A stretch of 64,000 bases of DNA from Leucoraja erinacea (taxonomy: Eukaryota): positions 20,522,001 to 20,586,000 of the forward strand of contig NC_073401.1 in the NCBI RefSeq assembly GCF_028641065.1, given 5' to 3'. Positions 51,367 to 64,000 of the stretch are shown here, piece after piece. Within the stretch, counting starts at the first letter, position 1. Each line of letters opens with the position of its first letter. The notes under the pieces were generated by a model. The model did not search any database and was not told the origin of the DNA. It saw only the letters and a program-made list of their open reading frames with translations. The position numbers and the translations under genes were made by a program.

Positions 51367-54300
51367 CTAGTTAAAAGAAAAATCTAAATTAATGCCACAA
51401 ACAGGCCAAATGTAATGAGGAAGTGACATAGAAGAATTTTGAACTTACGTCATTACACAGCCCTTTGGCGCTAAATTTTGAATTTCCCCAACGGTAAATG
51501 AGGCTGCTGACTGCATCTCCACCTCGCTGCTTGGTTGCTTTCCATAATAGGGCAAAAAATAAAATCACCCGTCCCCAAATAATCATAACTACACATTAGT
51601 GATGGGCATAACAAGTACATAGTTGATATTGGCATTCCTAATTTTTATTCTTGTATTTGTGAATGATATTTCAACAAATCAGTCAAGTACTAAATATTCA
51701 GCGTTATCGTTTCCAAGAGATTATTGGAGGGTTCCTGCTTGTCCTATAACATTAGCATGGATGTATTGGTAGCACTTATACAACAGCTGTACAGATTTAA
51801 CCATCCCAAACAAAGCAACTATCTTGGTCCATTTATTCAAACTTGAAGGTTTGTGAACACTTAGTTTTGACATGCCACAAAAGCTAAAACCAGATTTACC
51901 CATCCCCCAAAAAATTGCAAACTTTGATGCAAACATATGGTGTTCACATTTGAATAGTAACAAAAAGTAACTTGAAGCTTCGTTGAGAAACTTCTCCAAC
52001 CTGCATATGTAAAATTTGCAGAGGTTACATACATTAGTAGATTAATCTTTCAGAAACTTGGACCATAATTACATCAGAGTTCAAATGTTGTAGTCAAGCT
52101 CAACAAAGCAAAATGAATTGCTCAAAACCCAAATCATGGACTCTCAATACATGTTAAAAGCATGTATGATTGCTGTACAAACTCAACTAATGATGGTTGG
52201 ACGATGGACCCAATTTTCCTAACTTAATGAATGTACTTCATCTCTCGTCTCAACATTTTCATAACCAATACATGGATGGCTGGCTACCAATGTCAAACTA
52301 AATATTTCAGCAACCACACTATCCAATACTGGCACCAACAACTAGATAGAATTTAAGGCAGTTTTATGAAACCAGCTGATCTCCAACCCAAATTAAAAAA
52401 GTTTATTGATATGAAAGTGAACCCTACAGATGCTGCCAACCCAAGTATTTGTAAAATTGTATAATCGTAATTTTTTTCATCAAAATAAAGTTATATTCCA
52501 ACCTCAATTTACACGCTCTTAGTGTAGTCACATTCACACTACATTCAATTGAATTGACTCTTACTAATGTCTATGGATTCAAAATAAGCATTGTATACAG
52601 ATCCACCACAGCTTGGTACAGCAACTGCTCTTCCCAATACTGCAAAAAAAAAAGAAAAAAGGGGAGGTGCAAATGCAGACCTGCAATCGTTCATCATGCT
52701 CAATGCAGCCTAAACTTAATAAAGCAGCAATTTGGCATTTATAGGTGGGTGTATTAATGCAGACAATTCTTTTCACTTTGCAATAAACTATTCTAACACT
52801 CATTACAAATTGTAGCATGGGTAGAAATGAACCACCACCTCAAACTATTTTATATTAACTACCTGACATCTTTGGACAGGTCAGTAGATATTTGACATCA
52901 GTATCTATCAATTGGACTTGTTACCACAAGCTAGAGTTTTGTCTGGGCATGAACAATTAACAGAAATATTGTTACAAATAAAAGCAATCTGAAAGCTTAG
53001 AAATCAGAACTGAAGGAACAGGTACTCAGATTGAGAATGTTGTGCTGTCAACCTGTAAATGATTTAGATGGAATAGAAAGCCATGACAAGGACAATGGAT
53101 AACAAGCAGCACCAGATTCAGGAAAAAAATATGGAAATGGATTCACATTTAAACCAAAAGTGGAACTAGAAATGTTAAGGACAGGACACCACTTTTTAAA
53201 GTGATTAGAAGTTAAAGCTGGGAAAGTCAAAATTCTTGGAGCAGGTTATTACATACAATAAGATTACTAGATACAGGTACAGAAAATAAAGCCAACACAT
53301 TGCTGGTCAACTAAATGCAGGGATTACGTCTATAAATGTGGAACTTCCTTTTCCAGTGCTAATAGCGTAAATCAGCAACAACATCTTCCTCTCACCCGTG
53401 CTACTGACTACCCTAATGGACGACTCTTGGAGTCAGTGAGGGAGCACCGACTTTCCCAAGCCAGTGCTGGCTAAAATACAGCACAAGCACAGTCTCCATT
53501 AAAGTTAATTGCAACTCCCAGAAAAACAATTATTTTTAAATGATTTTAATTGATAGTGCTTTAAGTTTTAAATATTACAAGAAGAAAATTCTTCCAATGT
53601 TCTGTGTATAAAAGTTAGTAAAAATTCAGGGCTTCCACACAAATATTAAAGGCTCCAACCATACAATTTTAAGAGGCTGTGTAGAAGGCAGTGCGTCACA
53701 AGCTGTTAGAGAAGTTCTGAAAGTGCAGCCAGCTGTTTGTGCCCAGGCAGCATTTATGCAGTGCAGTCTTTTAAGTGCAAGGAGCTGAGATTCCAAGTAA
53801 AGACCTCATCCAAATAGGGAGAGGCAGCACAGCAGCAATTTCAAAACAAGATCTGTTCAGTGTATTTTTCCCCACAAGTATGATTTAAAATAGTTATGTT
53901 GTTAGCAAAAGGGAGAATTTTGTAAACAGCAATCGTTAAATTTTAAATGCAGAACCTTTGTTAATCACAGGCATTATGAGACAAGGTCAAATGTTTGTAT
54001 ATCTTTAGGTCATGGGGTCAACAATATAATTAATAGCAAAGTAGGAACCATAGGCAAGTATCCTTCTGACCAACAGACCACGTCTAAACAAAATCCTAAC
54101 AACAAAGTACAATTTCCTTTAAATACCTTGTTACTTAGATCAACAGAAAGCCCAATTTAGTGCTGCATGCACAATTTGCATGGGCTGCAGTATTGCAGAC
54201 AAATACACCAAAAAATAGAGGGGACAATGTTTTAAAAAACATTAGGGAATCAACTCATGAATGGCTGAAACCAAAACATTGCAAAGACTCAGGTGGCATC

Positions 54301-54606
54301 TCTGGAAAGAGAAAGGTTTGGGTCTATCAGACCAAGAAATGCGAGTTGTTTCTTTCCACAGATGTTGCTTGACCTGCTGAATGCACTGCCAACATTTGCT
54401 GTTTCAGGTTTCCAGCATTTGCGGTTTGTGTTTTTAAATTGCTATGAATGCCTGGAGGATTAAGATTAGTGGAAGATTTTATGAAGTGCACCACCAGCAA
54501 ACAAGTGAATCATTACCTTCCCTTTGAAAACATAATAATCCAACTACAGCTATTAGCTGTTGGTGGATCATTACACTTTATCCCAACACCAATAGTGCCA
54601 ACTAAC

Positions 54607-54773
54607 CGATGCTAGTCCGGGTACACTTTTTTCCATGTTGAAGAACTCATTGAAGTCAAAATCTCCCAGAGAGGTTTCTGGCAGGACTGCTTCCTGGGGA
54701 ACTTCTTGGTCAGCTTCTGATGTAGCAACAGTAGATACCTCTGACGCTTGAACAGCACCATTGCATTCTACAC
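54607..54773 (-). CDS. EIF4ENIF1: EIF4ENIF1 exon
   Basis: (G)VECNG...DQEVPQEAVLPETSLGDFDFNEFFN...LAS; 167 nt. Confidence 0.93.
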
Positions 54774-55339
54774 CTAGAAAACAATGAACACTTTTCAGAA
54801 GTCTTAGGCCACCCGCTTTACTGCCACAGCGGTTAGCTGCAGTGTTCAGAATCAGCACAACTTAATTTAATTGAAGTTAGTGTTACTAGTTCATAAATTC
54901 ATAAGTTATAGGAGCAGAATTAGGCCATTCAATTCATCAAGTCTATTCCGCCATTCAATCATGGTTGATTTACCTTTCCCTCTCAATCCCATTCTCTTGC
55001 TTTCTCCCCAGACTGACACTTACTAATCAAGAATCAGACAATTTTACAATACCGTATCCACTTTTAAAAAGCCACAACCCATTCTTGATCCTTCAACAGG
55101 TATAAATAATCTGCTTTCTTGGACAGATCTGTTGCTAGAATATGGACACAGTTTGAAGCCGCTCGTTCTATGACGACTGCTCTTGGATAAACTAGATTTT
55201 TCCTTCATCATTTAATTTCCCCGTTGTGTTTCAAATCGTTTCTATCTTTTAAGTAGATATTTGGTTGCTCTTTCAAGAGGCACATTGGAAAATGCTTTGA
55301 ACAGCTTCAACAAAAAGAAGTTTATATGAAGGGAGAGGA

Positions 55340-56280
55340 TTCTGAACAGAAATTGTTAATTGTTGGTCTGAGGATACAGACGAGATCCTGCTTGAGTTAG
55401 TTTACTGGTCCATATTCAAGGACTCCGGCTAACCTAAATGAAGAAGCCACTGCCGTCAGATTTCATCAGTATGTGTGCAGAGGACTGTGTGCCAAAGTCA
55501 ATCGTGGTGTTTAACAAGGGAAACTAAGGATGAACAGCAAGGTCCATTCCTGGGTGATGTTCAGGTTTGCGGGCGATCAAGCAGGACTATCCAAACCTGC
55601 AGAAAAAAATCTGGGTACGACCTTCACAAAGCCTTCAGGGATGCCAAGGGAATTCTTGACCAAGCTAGTGTCCCAGAATAATGCCACAGACCCGTTGATT
55701 GGGGCAAGGGTTGTATGCTTAAATGGGCAACAAAGTAGTGAGACAGTTTTGCTGGAAACAACCCATCCTGCCCCAATCACTTGGATTGACTTTGGCAGAC
55801 AGTCCTCTGCACACTTGCTGCTACCTGCTGGAGTGCCAGGCAATTAGTGGTTCTAGGTTCTCTGCAAACTGTCTGAGCAATATGACCAACCTCTTAAAGC
55901 ATTCATGACAGTGAATACCAGAGTCACTGGGTGGTGGTCATTAAGGCATACAACCTTTATTTTTCTTTGGCACTGGGATTTAAAAAAAAAAGTCGTGTGC
56001 CTTAATGACTACCACCCAGTGACTCTGGTATTCATGATCATAAGTGCTTCAAGAGGTTAATATTGCTCAAAACCAGATTGCAGAGAACCTAAAACCACTA
56101 ATCGCATGGTACAGTAGCAGGCACATGGATGTCATCTATCAATCCCTTCATTTAGCCCTGGAACATTTGGATAACAAACACACCTATACAAGACTCCTAT
56201 TTATTGATTGTAGTCACCTTCCACACAAGTCCATCAAACTCATGGACGGAGTCAGCAACCCTCTCTGCAGCTAGACTTTG
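55340..56280. mobile_element. Rearranged Rex1/Babar-like LINE remnant with inverted duplications
   Basis: CLNDYHPV motif and LHLALEHLDNKHTYTRLLFID RT motif on +; the same sequence is inverted at about 55820-55955. Confidence 0.75.
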
Positions 56281-56503
56281 CAATACAGCAACACCACAAG
56301 AACACAGGTCCTTCGGCCCAACTTGTCCATGCCGATCATGTCCCATTCGAGCTAGTCCCATTAGCTTATACCCCTTCAAATCTTTCCTATCCATGCACCT
56401 GACCAAGTGTATTTTACATGCTGCTACAGTACTTGGAACTAACATACATTTATCATTATCTGTGATTTAATTCTGCACAACTCTCAATGAAAACATCACT
56501 TAC

Positions 56504-56705
56504 CTTCTTTAAGGGTTTCCGATCGCTTCCTCCATCTCTTTGGCCGTCTTGGATCCTCTAATAGTACTTTGTCATCAAAGCCCGTCAGCTCTATAGTTTC
56601 TGACTGACTAGTAGGGCCAGCAGAGAACCATTCTGGCTCCTCTTCAGTGTAAGAATCATATCTCCTTCTCTCACCAAAAATACGTTTGCCATCACCATAC
56701 TCCCT
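56504..56705 (-). CDS. EIF4ENIF1: EIF4ENIF1 exon containing the Cup-homology (DDX6-binding) domain
   Basis: REYGDGKRIFGERRRYDSYTEEEPEWFSAGPTSQSETIELTGFDDK...KE; 202 nt; not in the ORF track. Confidence 0.95.
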
Positions 56706-57497
56706 CTGCAGAAAAGGGAGACAACACGTTTAAGAACCAGACGGTTCCCCCAACATCCCCAAGTTATGTGCTTGGTATATGATCAAAGATAGAAGATCAA
56801 ATGAAAAACTTAAATATGCAAAATTTAAAGCTTCACTCCCCAATGTGTATTTATCATTACAACAGGATGTTCATAGAAACATAGAAAATAGGTGCAGGAG
56901 TAGGCTATTCGGCCCTTCGAGCCTGCACCGCCATTCAATATGATCATGGCTGATCATCCAACTCAGTATCCTGTTCTTTGGGTGTTAGAACTTCCAGAAA
57001 CAAGTTTGAATGAATTGCAATCTTTAAAGCAAAACATGTATTGCTTTCGAGTATGCGCATCAAATACCCTAGAATGATGACAAACTGACATCTTAATTGT
57101 TCAGATCAGTAGTTGTAAATGTAGTCATATGGCTGCTACCAAAAATAATGCAATGTTATTAAATTTAACACTGTGGTAAGTTGCCAGAGTCAAAGATGCC
57201 GTTAAGTGCAATATCATCAGGTTAAAGAATGTTGCCGTTTAACTCCTCAGCACAGCAACCACTGATTAAGTTAACTTTCAGAGGGGTCAAATAGCAATTT
57301 TTCCCTTGTATCCACCCAACCAAAAACATTCCACACCCTCATCCAGTGCCCACATGTCCTCACCAAACTACTACTGCAATGTTCTGAGTGTAGCCAATTG
57401 GATTTTGGGACTGATGGTCTCACTTAGAAAGACATTAAAAAACTCAAACTGTGCGGGGAATCCTCAAACTGTGCTGGGAATCTGGAGTAAATCTTAC

Positions 57498-57787
57498 CCT
57501 AAAACGTTTTTCCTTGTAGTCGCGTTCCCTGCCTTCTCTGGGATCTCTGTCACGCAAGTCTTTTTCTCTGCCATCCCGATCAAAGGTCCGTGATGTAATT
57601 ATTCGCCCGCTGCCAATTCTACGTTGGCACCCCAACCCACGAACAGTTTCATTCTCTTTATTTTCCAATGGGCTTCCAGATCGTCGACTATTGGATGGAT
57701 TGGTTACATGACAGCCACCACCAAAGCTTCGGCGCTGAGGACTGAGTACAACATAAATATCTTCTTCCTTTATTCTCTCTCGTGGAT
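57498..57787 (-). CDS. EIF4ENIF1: EIF4ENIF1 exon (most 5' exon found in the window)
   Basis: (D)PRERIKEEDIYVVLSPQRRSFGGGCHV...RRIGSGRII...KEKRFR; 290 nt. Upstream exons with the eIF4E-binding motif were not found in 57.8-64 kb. Confidence 0.95.
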
Positions 57788-58841
57788 CTAGAATAAGAAG
57801 ACATTTGATTAAATAGCTATTAAGGTGCAGGTTTCATCCCATACATTCAATACCAAATTCCAGCTTTATGTTAGATCACCTGTGGCTAAGCCACATTCCA
57901 TGTCCAATACTAGATATGGATCTCCTCAATAATATTGAAGGCCTCTTAATGCTTGACCTTCATTCAATGTCAACAAAATCAGGACCCTATCTCTATCATA
58001 ACAGCAAAAGACTGCAGATAACAAGTACCAAACATGGAAAATCACACCATTTAAGTGTAATTGTATTTATATATCCTGTTTCCAATTGCAAGTCAGCTTT
58101 GACGCTATTCAGTCATTTAATGATATTCTTTCCGATTCTCTCCCTCCTCCGCTAGACATTTTCGAAGTTTCAATGAGTACATTCAATAAATTATCAAATA
58201 TAGGTCTGCTTGACTTGACTACTCAAGCCATCAGCTCAAAAATCAGTACAACTAACTTAACTACATCTTATGGTAGGTGTACAAATGCACAACACTGCAG
58301 GTCTTAACCAAGCATAATAGTCATTCCTTGAGCTTCGAGGGCTTAGCAACAACCACAATTAACCTCACTGAAGCTCTTGACCAACCAGGAAGGACTGTAA
58401 AACACCCTCCTCCTCAGACTTACGTTTGCTTCATGGTGGCATGCAAGCAAGCTGATATTATGCAGACTTACTTAAATGTTTTGTCATTTAGACTCTACAG
58501 TAATCTTTCTAGTTACAATAAACTCAAGCACTCAGTCACGCAGCCAGACCTCCATATCAACTTGTTTTGTTCATCTATACTAATCTTACTTGACTACGTA
58601 AGGGCATCCTTCTATTCAAATGCCTGTCTGAATGCCTCTGAAACATACCAATTATATCCAATTCCACTTCTGGCAGCATGTTCTATCATTGAAAAAAACA
58701 TAGCACCAAAATCCTTTTAAAGCTCCTGATCATTTTAAACTTATGCCCTTGAATTTGATGTCCATTACATCAGAAAAATGATTTGACCATTTACCCTATA
58801 TTTCTCAGTCTTACACTTCTCTCAGGTCACCCTTCAGTCTC

Positions 58842-59025
58842 TAAGAAGGAACTGCAGATGCTGGAAAATCTAAGGTATACAAAAATGCTGGAGAAACTCA
58901 GCGGGTGCAGCAGCATCTATGGAGCGAAGGAAATGGGCAACGTTTCGGCCCGAAACATTGCCCATTTCCTTCGCTCCATAGATGCTGCGGCACCCGCTGA
59001 GTTTCTCCAGCATTTTTGTGTACCT
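58842..59025. mobile_element. Young palindromic Penelope-derived insertion inside a CR1 remnant
   Basis: Near-perfect hairpin of about 155 bp; exact 15-bp direct repeat TCACCCTTCAGTCTC at 58827-58841 and 59026-59040. Confidence 0.9.
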
Positions 59026-62009
59026 TCACCCTTCAGTCTCATTGGCTTCAGGAAAAACAACCCCAGCTTATCCAATTTCTCCACTCAACTGAAGTCCACT
59101 AGGATGTTGTCTGGATCGGAGAACCTCTGCACTCTTCCCACAAGTGAGAGAAGGTGAGTTCAGGGTCAACATGTTCCCATTGTAGTGAAGTGTAAGGCTG
59201 GCAGGAAACCCTTGATGACGAGGCATATTGAAAGTCTGGTTAGTGAAAAAGCTCACGCGAGGTGAATGCAGCTGGGATCAAATTAATCCTTTGAGTCTTG
59301 GAGTTGCAGGAGTACACTTAAAAGTCTCGCCACAATCCTGCATGGTGGTTTGACCCAGAGGTTAAGGATATAGGATCAGACACGTTGCCTAAATGGATCC
59401 AAAATCAGCTTGGTGATAGGAGGTATTGGGTGGCTCTTCTGATTGGAAGTATGGAACATGTAGTTACTGGGGGATTGGTATAAAAATGACTTGCATGAGA
59501 ATATATGTGATCAGATTCCTAGGTTCGTAGACAAAATTAAAATCGGTGCAGATAGCAAAGATTGAGGCTCAGGAATACCAAGTAACATAGATCAGTTGGC
59601 ATGTTGGGTCGAGCAGTGGAAGATGGAATTTAATTCGGGCAATGGAGAGATTCACTAAATTCAAGTTTAAGATGAATTAAAAAAAATCTTGGGGGCATCT
59701 TTTTCAAGAGGGTGGTGGTTATCTGGAATAGGCTGCCAGAAGTGGAAGTAGGTACGATTACAACATATATAAAAAGGCATTTAAACAGGCATTTGGATAG
59801 GAAAGAGACATATTAGGCCCAAAGTAGAATTACATAGTTAGACAGTGGTCAGCATAGGCGAGTTTGTCTGGAGGGCATATTTATGCAATACAGGTTTGAC
59901 TACCACAAATTGGACTACAGAACAATTTTGACCCCCTGAACTTACACACTTAGACCTAGACAACTTCGACACTCAAATTTACTAGGAAAATACCTGCAAC
60001 ATCTTCATAAAGTCCTCCTATTGCATTAAGCAATAGAATCTGTGTTTTGTCAGTGCTGTTTAGATTCCTGCAATTAATACAATATACAAAATACCACCTC
60101 AGAAACAAGAATCAAGAAAATACTGTGAAGACTCCAGCATTGGAACAAATCAATAAATGTTTCACATCACAGACCTTTATTTTAGTACTTCAGAAATTGA
60201 TATTGCCACTTACAAAGGGGCAATTTAATACTCATTTGTACAAAATGTTAGCCTCAGCCCTTTTATTAGCCAAGTGAACAGCAGTTGAACAATTTCAGCA
60301 ACCCTCTGCTTTTCCTTACAAAAGAACATTGTCATGAGTTGAGGCAGAGCCAGGTTGCCCCTCAAGGATTGGATAAATACTCAGTACAAGTCAAAGGAAG
60401 ATAAGTGGAATTTATCTTTGGTTGCATAAATGTGATCACAAATGCAAGGATTAAAGATTTCTAGTTTGCTGGTTGCCCCGAGTACAAGACAAAACACTTT
60501 ACAGCCTTGAAATCTGTTTAAACCATTTCTAGGCAAACAGTAGCCAATAAAGCCTGACTGATGACAATGCAGTTTAAATATACAATCCCTGATGTTGGAT
60601 AGACAGATATTTAAACAAAAACTTAAAACTTTACCTCAGAAAGGCAGCACTGAAAAACACTCTGCATCATTAATTTAAAAACTAACAGGCATTTCTGTAT
60701 AAGGTTGTTTCTCACTCATCTAATTTAACCAAATAAACCAAACCAAAGGCTAAGTTAATGGGCATAACTCATACACCTTAAAACAGAAGTGAACTGTGCT
60801 TCCATTCGACAGAGCACATCCTTCACTCTTTGCAAGGCATCTCACCGACATGCAATTCCTCAACTCTCATGCATAGTAATGACAGACAAACTCAAGTTCC
60901 CAATTTCCTCGAAATTTAGGATATGTTAAATTGTTAAATCAATACTCAGGGCATTTCAATGTGGGGTGGGGAAGAGATTTGATATTTTGATTCAGAATCA
61001 CTATAAAGTTATGATGGACCATTCTGTATTGCTCAAAATTCAGTTGCAAAACACCAAATTACAATTTAGGTTTAAGTTTACTGCTGGGCATTTAAAATGA
61101 CCTCTTGCAACATCTGACATTTAAAGCTGCCAGCATCCTATGTACCAATTCCACAAAAATGCATAATGCTTCCTTCATAAAAAGTATGAAACATACTTGC
61201 TCCATGTCAAAAATCGCAACAGTAAGCAAAGCCCCAATTTGGAGAAATTTGTTAACATTGTAATGCTGGATAAACATCCTGCTCCACAATATCAGAGGGA
61301 AGAGGGTAAAAAATAAAATAAAATGCAGGTGCAAATTACACAAGTGTATGGTAATCCATCTTGGAGAATGACATTGCTTTGATTCTGTAGTTTCCGTATG
61401 GTTATATTTACAATGTGTTTGGCAAGCAGATAAAAGGAATGTAAGGGGTCCCAGGGTTATGTTTCTGAAATCTATTCATTAACTTTTTGCTGCATGTTGA
61501 AAATGCACAATTTCTTCCAAAATAGTCTTAAGCCTTCAGGAGTGATTTGCAAGTAGACTGGAGAAGTTCAGTTTGTCTGACTGCAGTCTAGCTGGAGTGA
61601 TGGGGAACATCAATCTGCCAATCAGCAAGAAAACTAATTGGCAGTTTAATAAAAGTCCACTGATGAGAAGTGGCTCAGTGTTTATGATGTTAGGAGAAAG
61701 TGTCGGATTTTTCTACGGGTTATCTTTCCTGCTGCAACAATTTATGTACCATACTGAAAAGGCAAAGTCCGGGAGAATTTGCATGGTCAGATTTTAGAAA
61801 GGTAGGTCTTCTTTAACTCGTGGATCTCCTGTACCGCAGACTAACAACAATAAGTCTAAACGCAGCTATGACAGATACCTGGGAATGTTTTGGTATGTCC
61901 CAACCCAACTACTTAACTTAAGCATGGGTGCTACTGGCCAACTTTGACAACCATACCAGATATTTGCCAATGTTACTGAAGAAATTGCTGTTTTAAATGC
62001 ATATCCTAG

Positions 62010-62457
62010 CTGAACTAAACACGACTACTTACAATTACATGACATTGTTGTCCTGAAAATGGGGGGGGGGGAAGAGACTATGTATAAATACTACTGTAAT
62101 TTCTACATGGTAAAACCAAAATTTATAAAAATGGCCTTTACTAAAATTGGATCCAACAGAACAGAATTTTGGAAGCAATTGCCCATTGAATACTAATGAT
62201 AGATAATCAATTTCTTCCCCCATATCACAGTTATTTTCCAAGTAGCTGCCTCAGGAATGGATGCGGAGCCAGAATTTACAGTCTGCATCACTAGACCATG
62301 CAGTGACACAGTGCCCTCCATAATGTTTATTAAAATCTAACAATGTGCACTTTAACCACATGTGATTTTTTTTCTATTACAAATCTCAAATTGTGGAGTA
62401 CAGAGGCAAATAAATAAATGATGGGTCTTTGTCCCAAACATTATGGAGGGCATTGTA
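62010..62457. mobile_element. Tc1 right-end fragment carrying a copy of 5372-5676
   Basis: aatttctacatggtaaaaccaaaat matches the MITE arm at 42.0 kb (reverse complement); ends in TIR TTATGGAGGGCATTG|TA. Confidence 0.8.
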
Positions 62458-64000
62458 ACTGGGAAAATAAGTTTTGTTTCATACTTATGCAGCTTTAGTT
62501 CTGAAAAACATTTGTCAATTACTTCAATTTTAACAGTCCTGTCTTTTACACCCAGCAAAGCTTATTTCCAGCTCAAATGACACAGCATGCTAAGATGAGA
62601 TCACCGTCACACTTCTGGAAACAGCTGTTGCATTGCAAGCATGCTGCTTGACTGCACAAGGAGACAGACTCAATGTAATTTGCACTAGCAATTTTCTTAG
62701 ATGCAGCTTTTGCTCCAAGAAAATCTATCAGTGCACGGCTTACTTCCACTGCAGTTTTGTACGTTCTGATGTGGATAATGAGGGACCCCAAATTCCCACA
62801 GATGATGGCCTGTTTGGGAGGCAGGACACTCCTACCACAAGTACATGCAGCCCACTCCATGGATTCAAAGGCTTGAAGAAGTCACAGGCCATGTATACAG
62901 GCGGGTGTTCCTTATTCCATGCACTAGTCATATTTTGTCCATTGTGGCTCCATGTTATGTTTACAATGGATTGAGGAAGCAGCTCTATGGTAACAACCAA
63001 GGTTAACCTTGGTAATGGTGGTTCCTGCAGCAGATACGCCCCTCTGTACTTAATTGGGGTCATCTCCTTTGCTGATGTTCACAAATACCATGATCCTATG
63101 CAATATAATTTTCTTTCCCGATGCGACAGGTGACAACTTGGTTGCCAAAAGATGCGAAAGCTCTGAAGGACCCCATCAAGCTAGCGCTTCTCAGGCAGCT
63201 CCTCACAAATCAGCATCTACTTCAATTTTTCCATTTCCACTTCGATCCGATGTGCTTTTTTTTTTTTTTTTTTTTTAAATAAACAGCTCATTAGTCCTTC
63301 ACAGCTTCTGAAGTACTCGTACCAGCATCCTGAACTTACGGGTTGCCAGGAGGTCTGCCATAAAAGGCACCCAGAACCCTTGTTTTTTTTTCCAGAAAAG
63401 AACAGTGATAAGAATGACCAAGATGCAGAGGAGCCTATTAACTGTAAACATAGGCATTCCTAAAATGGAAGATCCTTTCACCTTAAGGAGAAGTGGAACA
63501 GCTTTATACTAGCAAAGGCAAAGTGCCAGTAAACAAAAAAAAGAACAAATAATGGACAGTACAAAAGGCCAGTAATTTGCCTATAGCCATGGCATGTACA
63601 GGTTCTTCAGCACCACAAAATCCATTAAGAACACCCAAAGCCCAGTCCACTGATAAGAAACAAAGGCAGTCAACAACTGCTGGAAGCAACACCTCAGACT
63701 TCAGTGACTGGAATATTTGAACCCTTCAATTATTCCCACATCTGGCTGTCTTTAAGAAAAGGTTGAGAAAAAGGCTGCCTTTATGCCTTTCTTTAAGAAA
63801 AAAAACAATTCATTAGTTCTTCAGAGATTCTGAAGTACTCATACCAAGAACCACGCAAGCTAGGTTCAACACCGTCACGATTAGAATTGGTACAATTAGC
63901 TACAAGCGCATTACTGTCCGAGTTGGGTGCTCGGAACCAGAGTGCATTACAGGACAATAATCGCCAAAGCACACAACTGACTGGGCCAAATATTTTTTTT

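Noticed and set aside
61795-61830. Minus-strand DPRVKEDLP resembling the 4E-T DPRERIKEED motif
   Set aside because: Followed immediately by a stop, with no further similarity; chance match.

Overview
Eukaryotic genomic DNA from a vertebrate. The repeat content (HE1/V-SINE-type tRNA SINEs, CR1, Rex1/Babar, Penelope, Tc1) points to a cartilaginous fish, probably a skate or ray (inference). Three intron-containing genes lie in the same order and orientation as at human 22q12. PATZ1 (- strand): only the large first coding exon, 9121-10325, was found. DRG1 (+ strand): complete, 9 coding exons at 18255-29709, 366 aa, all introns GT-AG and phase-consistent. EIF4ENIF1/4E-T (- strand): 14 coding exons traced from 57787 to the stop at 36208; the N-terminal exons were not found and one intron has a GC donor. 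Most other short ORFs in the track are spurious or retroelement debris. I see no clearly new protein-coding system. The best leads are non-coding: (1) Penelope-derived, often palindromic short elements carrying a minimal hammerhead-ribozyme core; (2) a 305-bp segment copied between two Tc1 ends 57 kb apart; (3) an orphan 209-bp fold-back between the PATZ1 and DRG1 promoters; (4) nested inverted duplications in a decayed LINE. Comparisons to human proteins are from memory, not from alignments.
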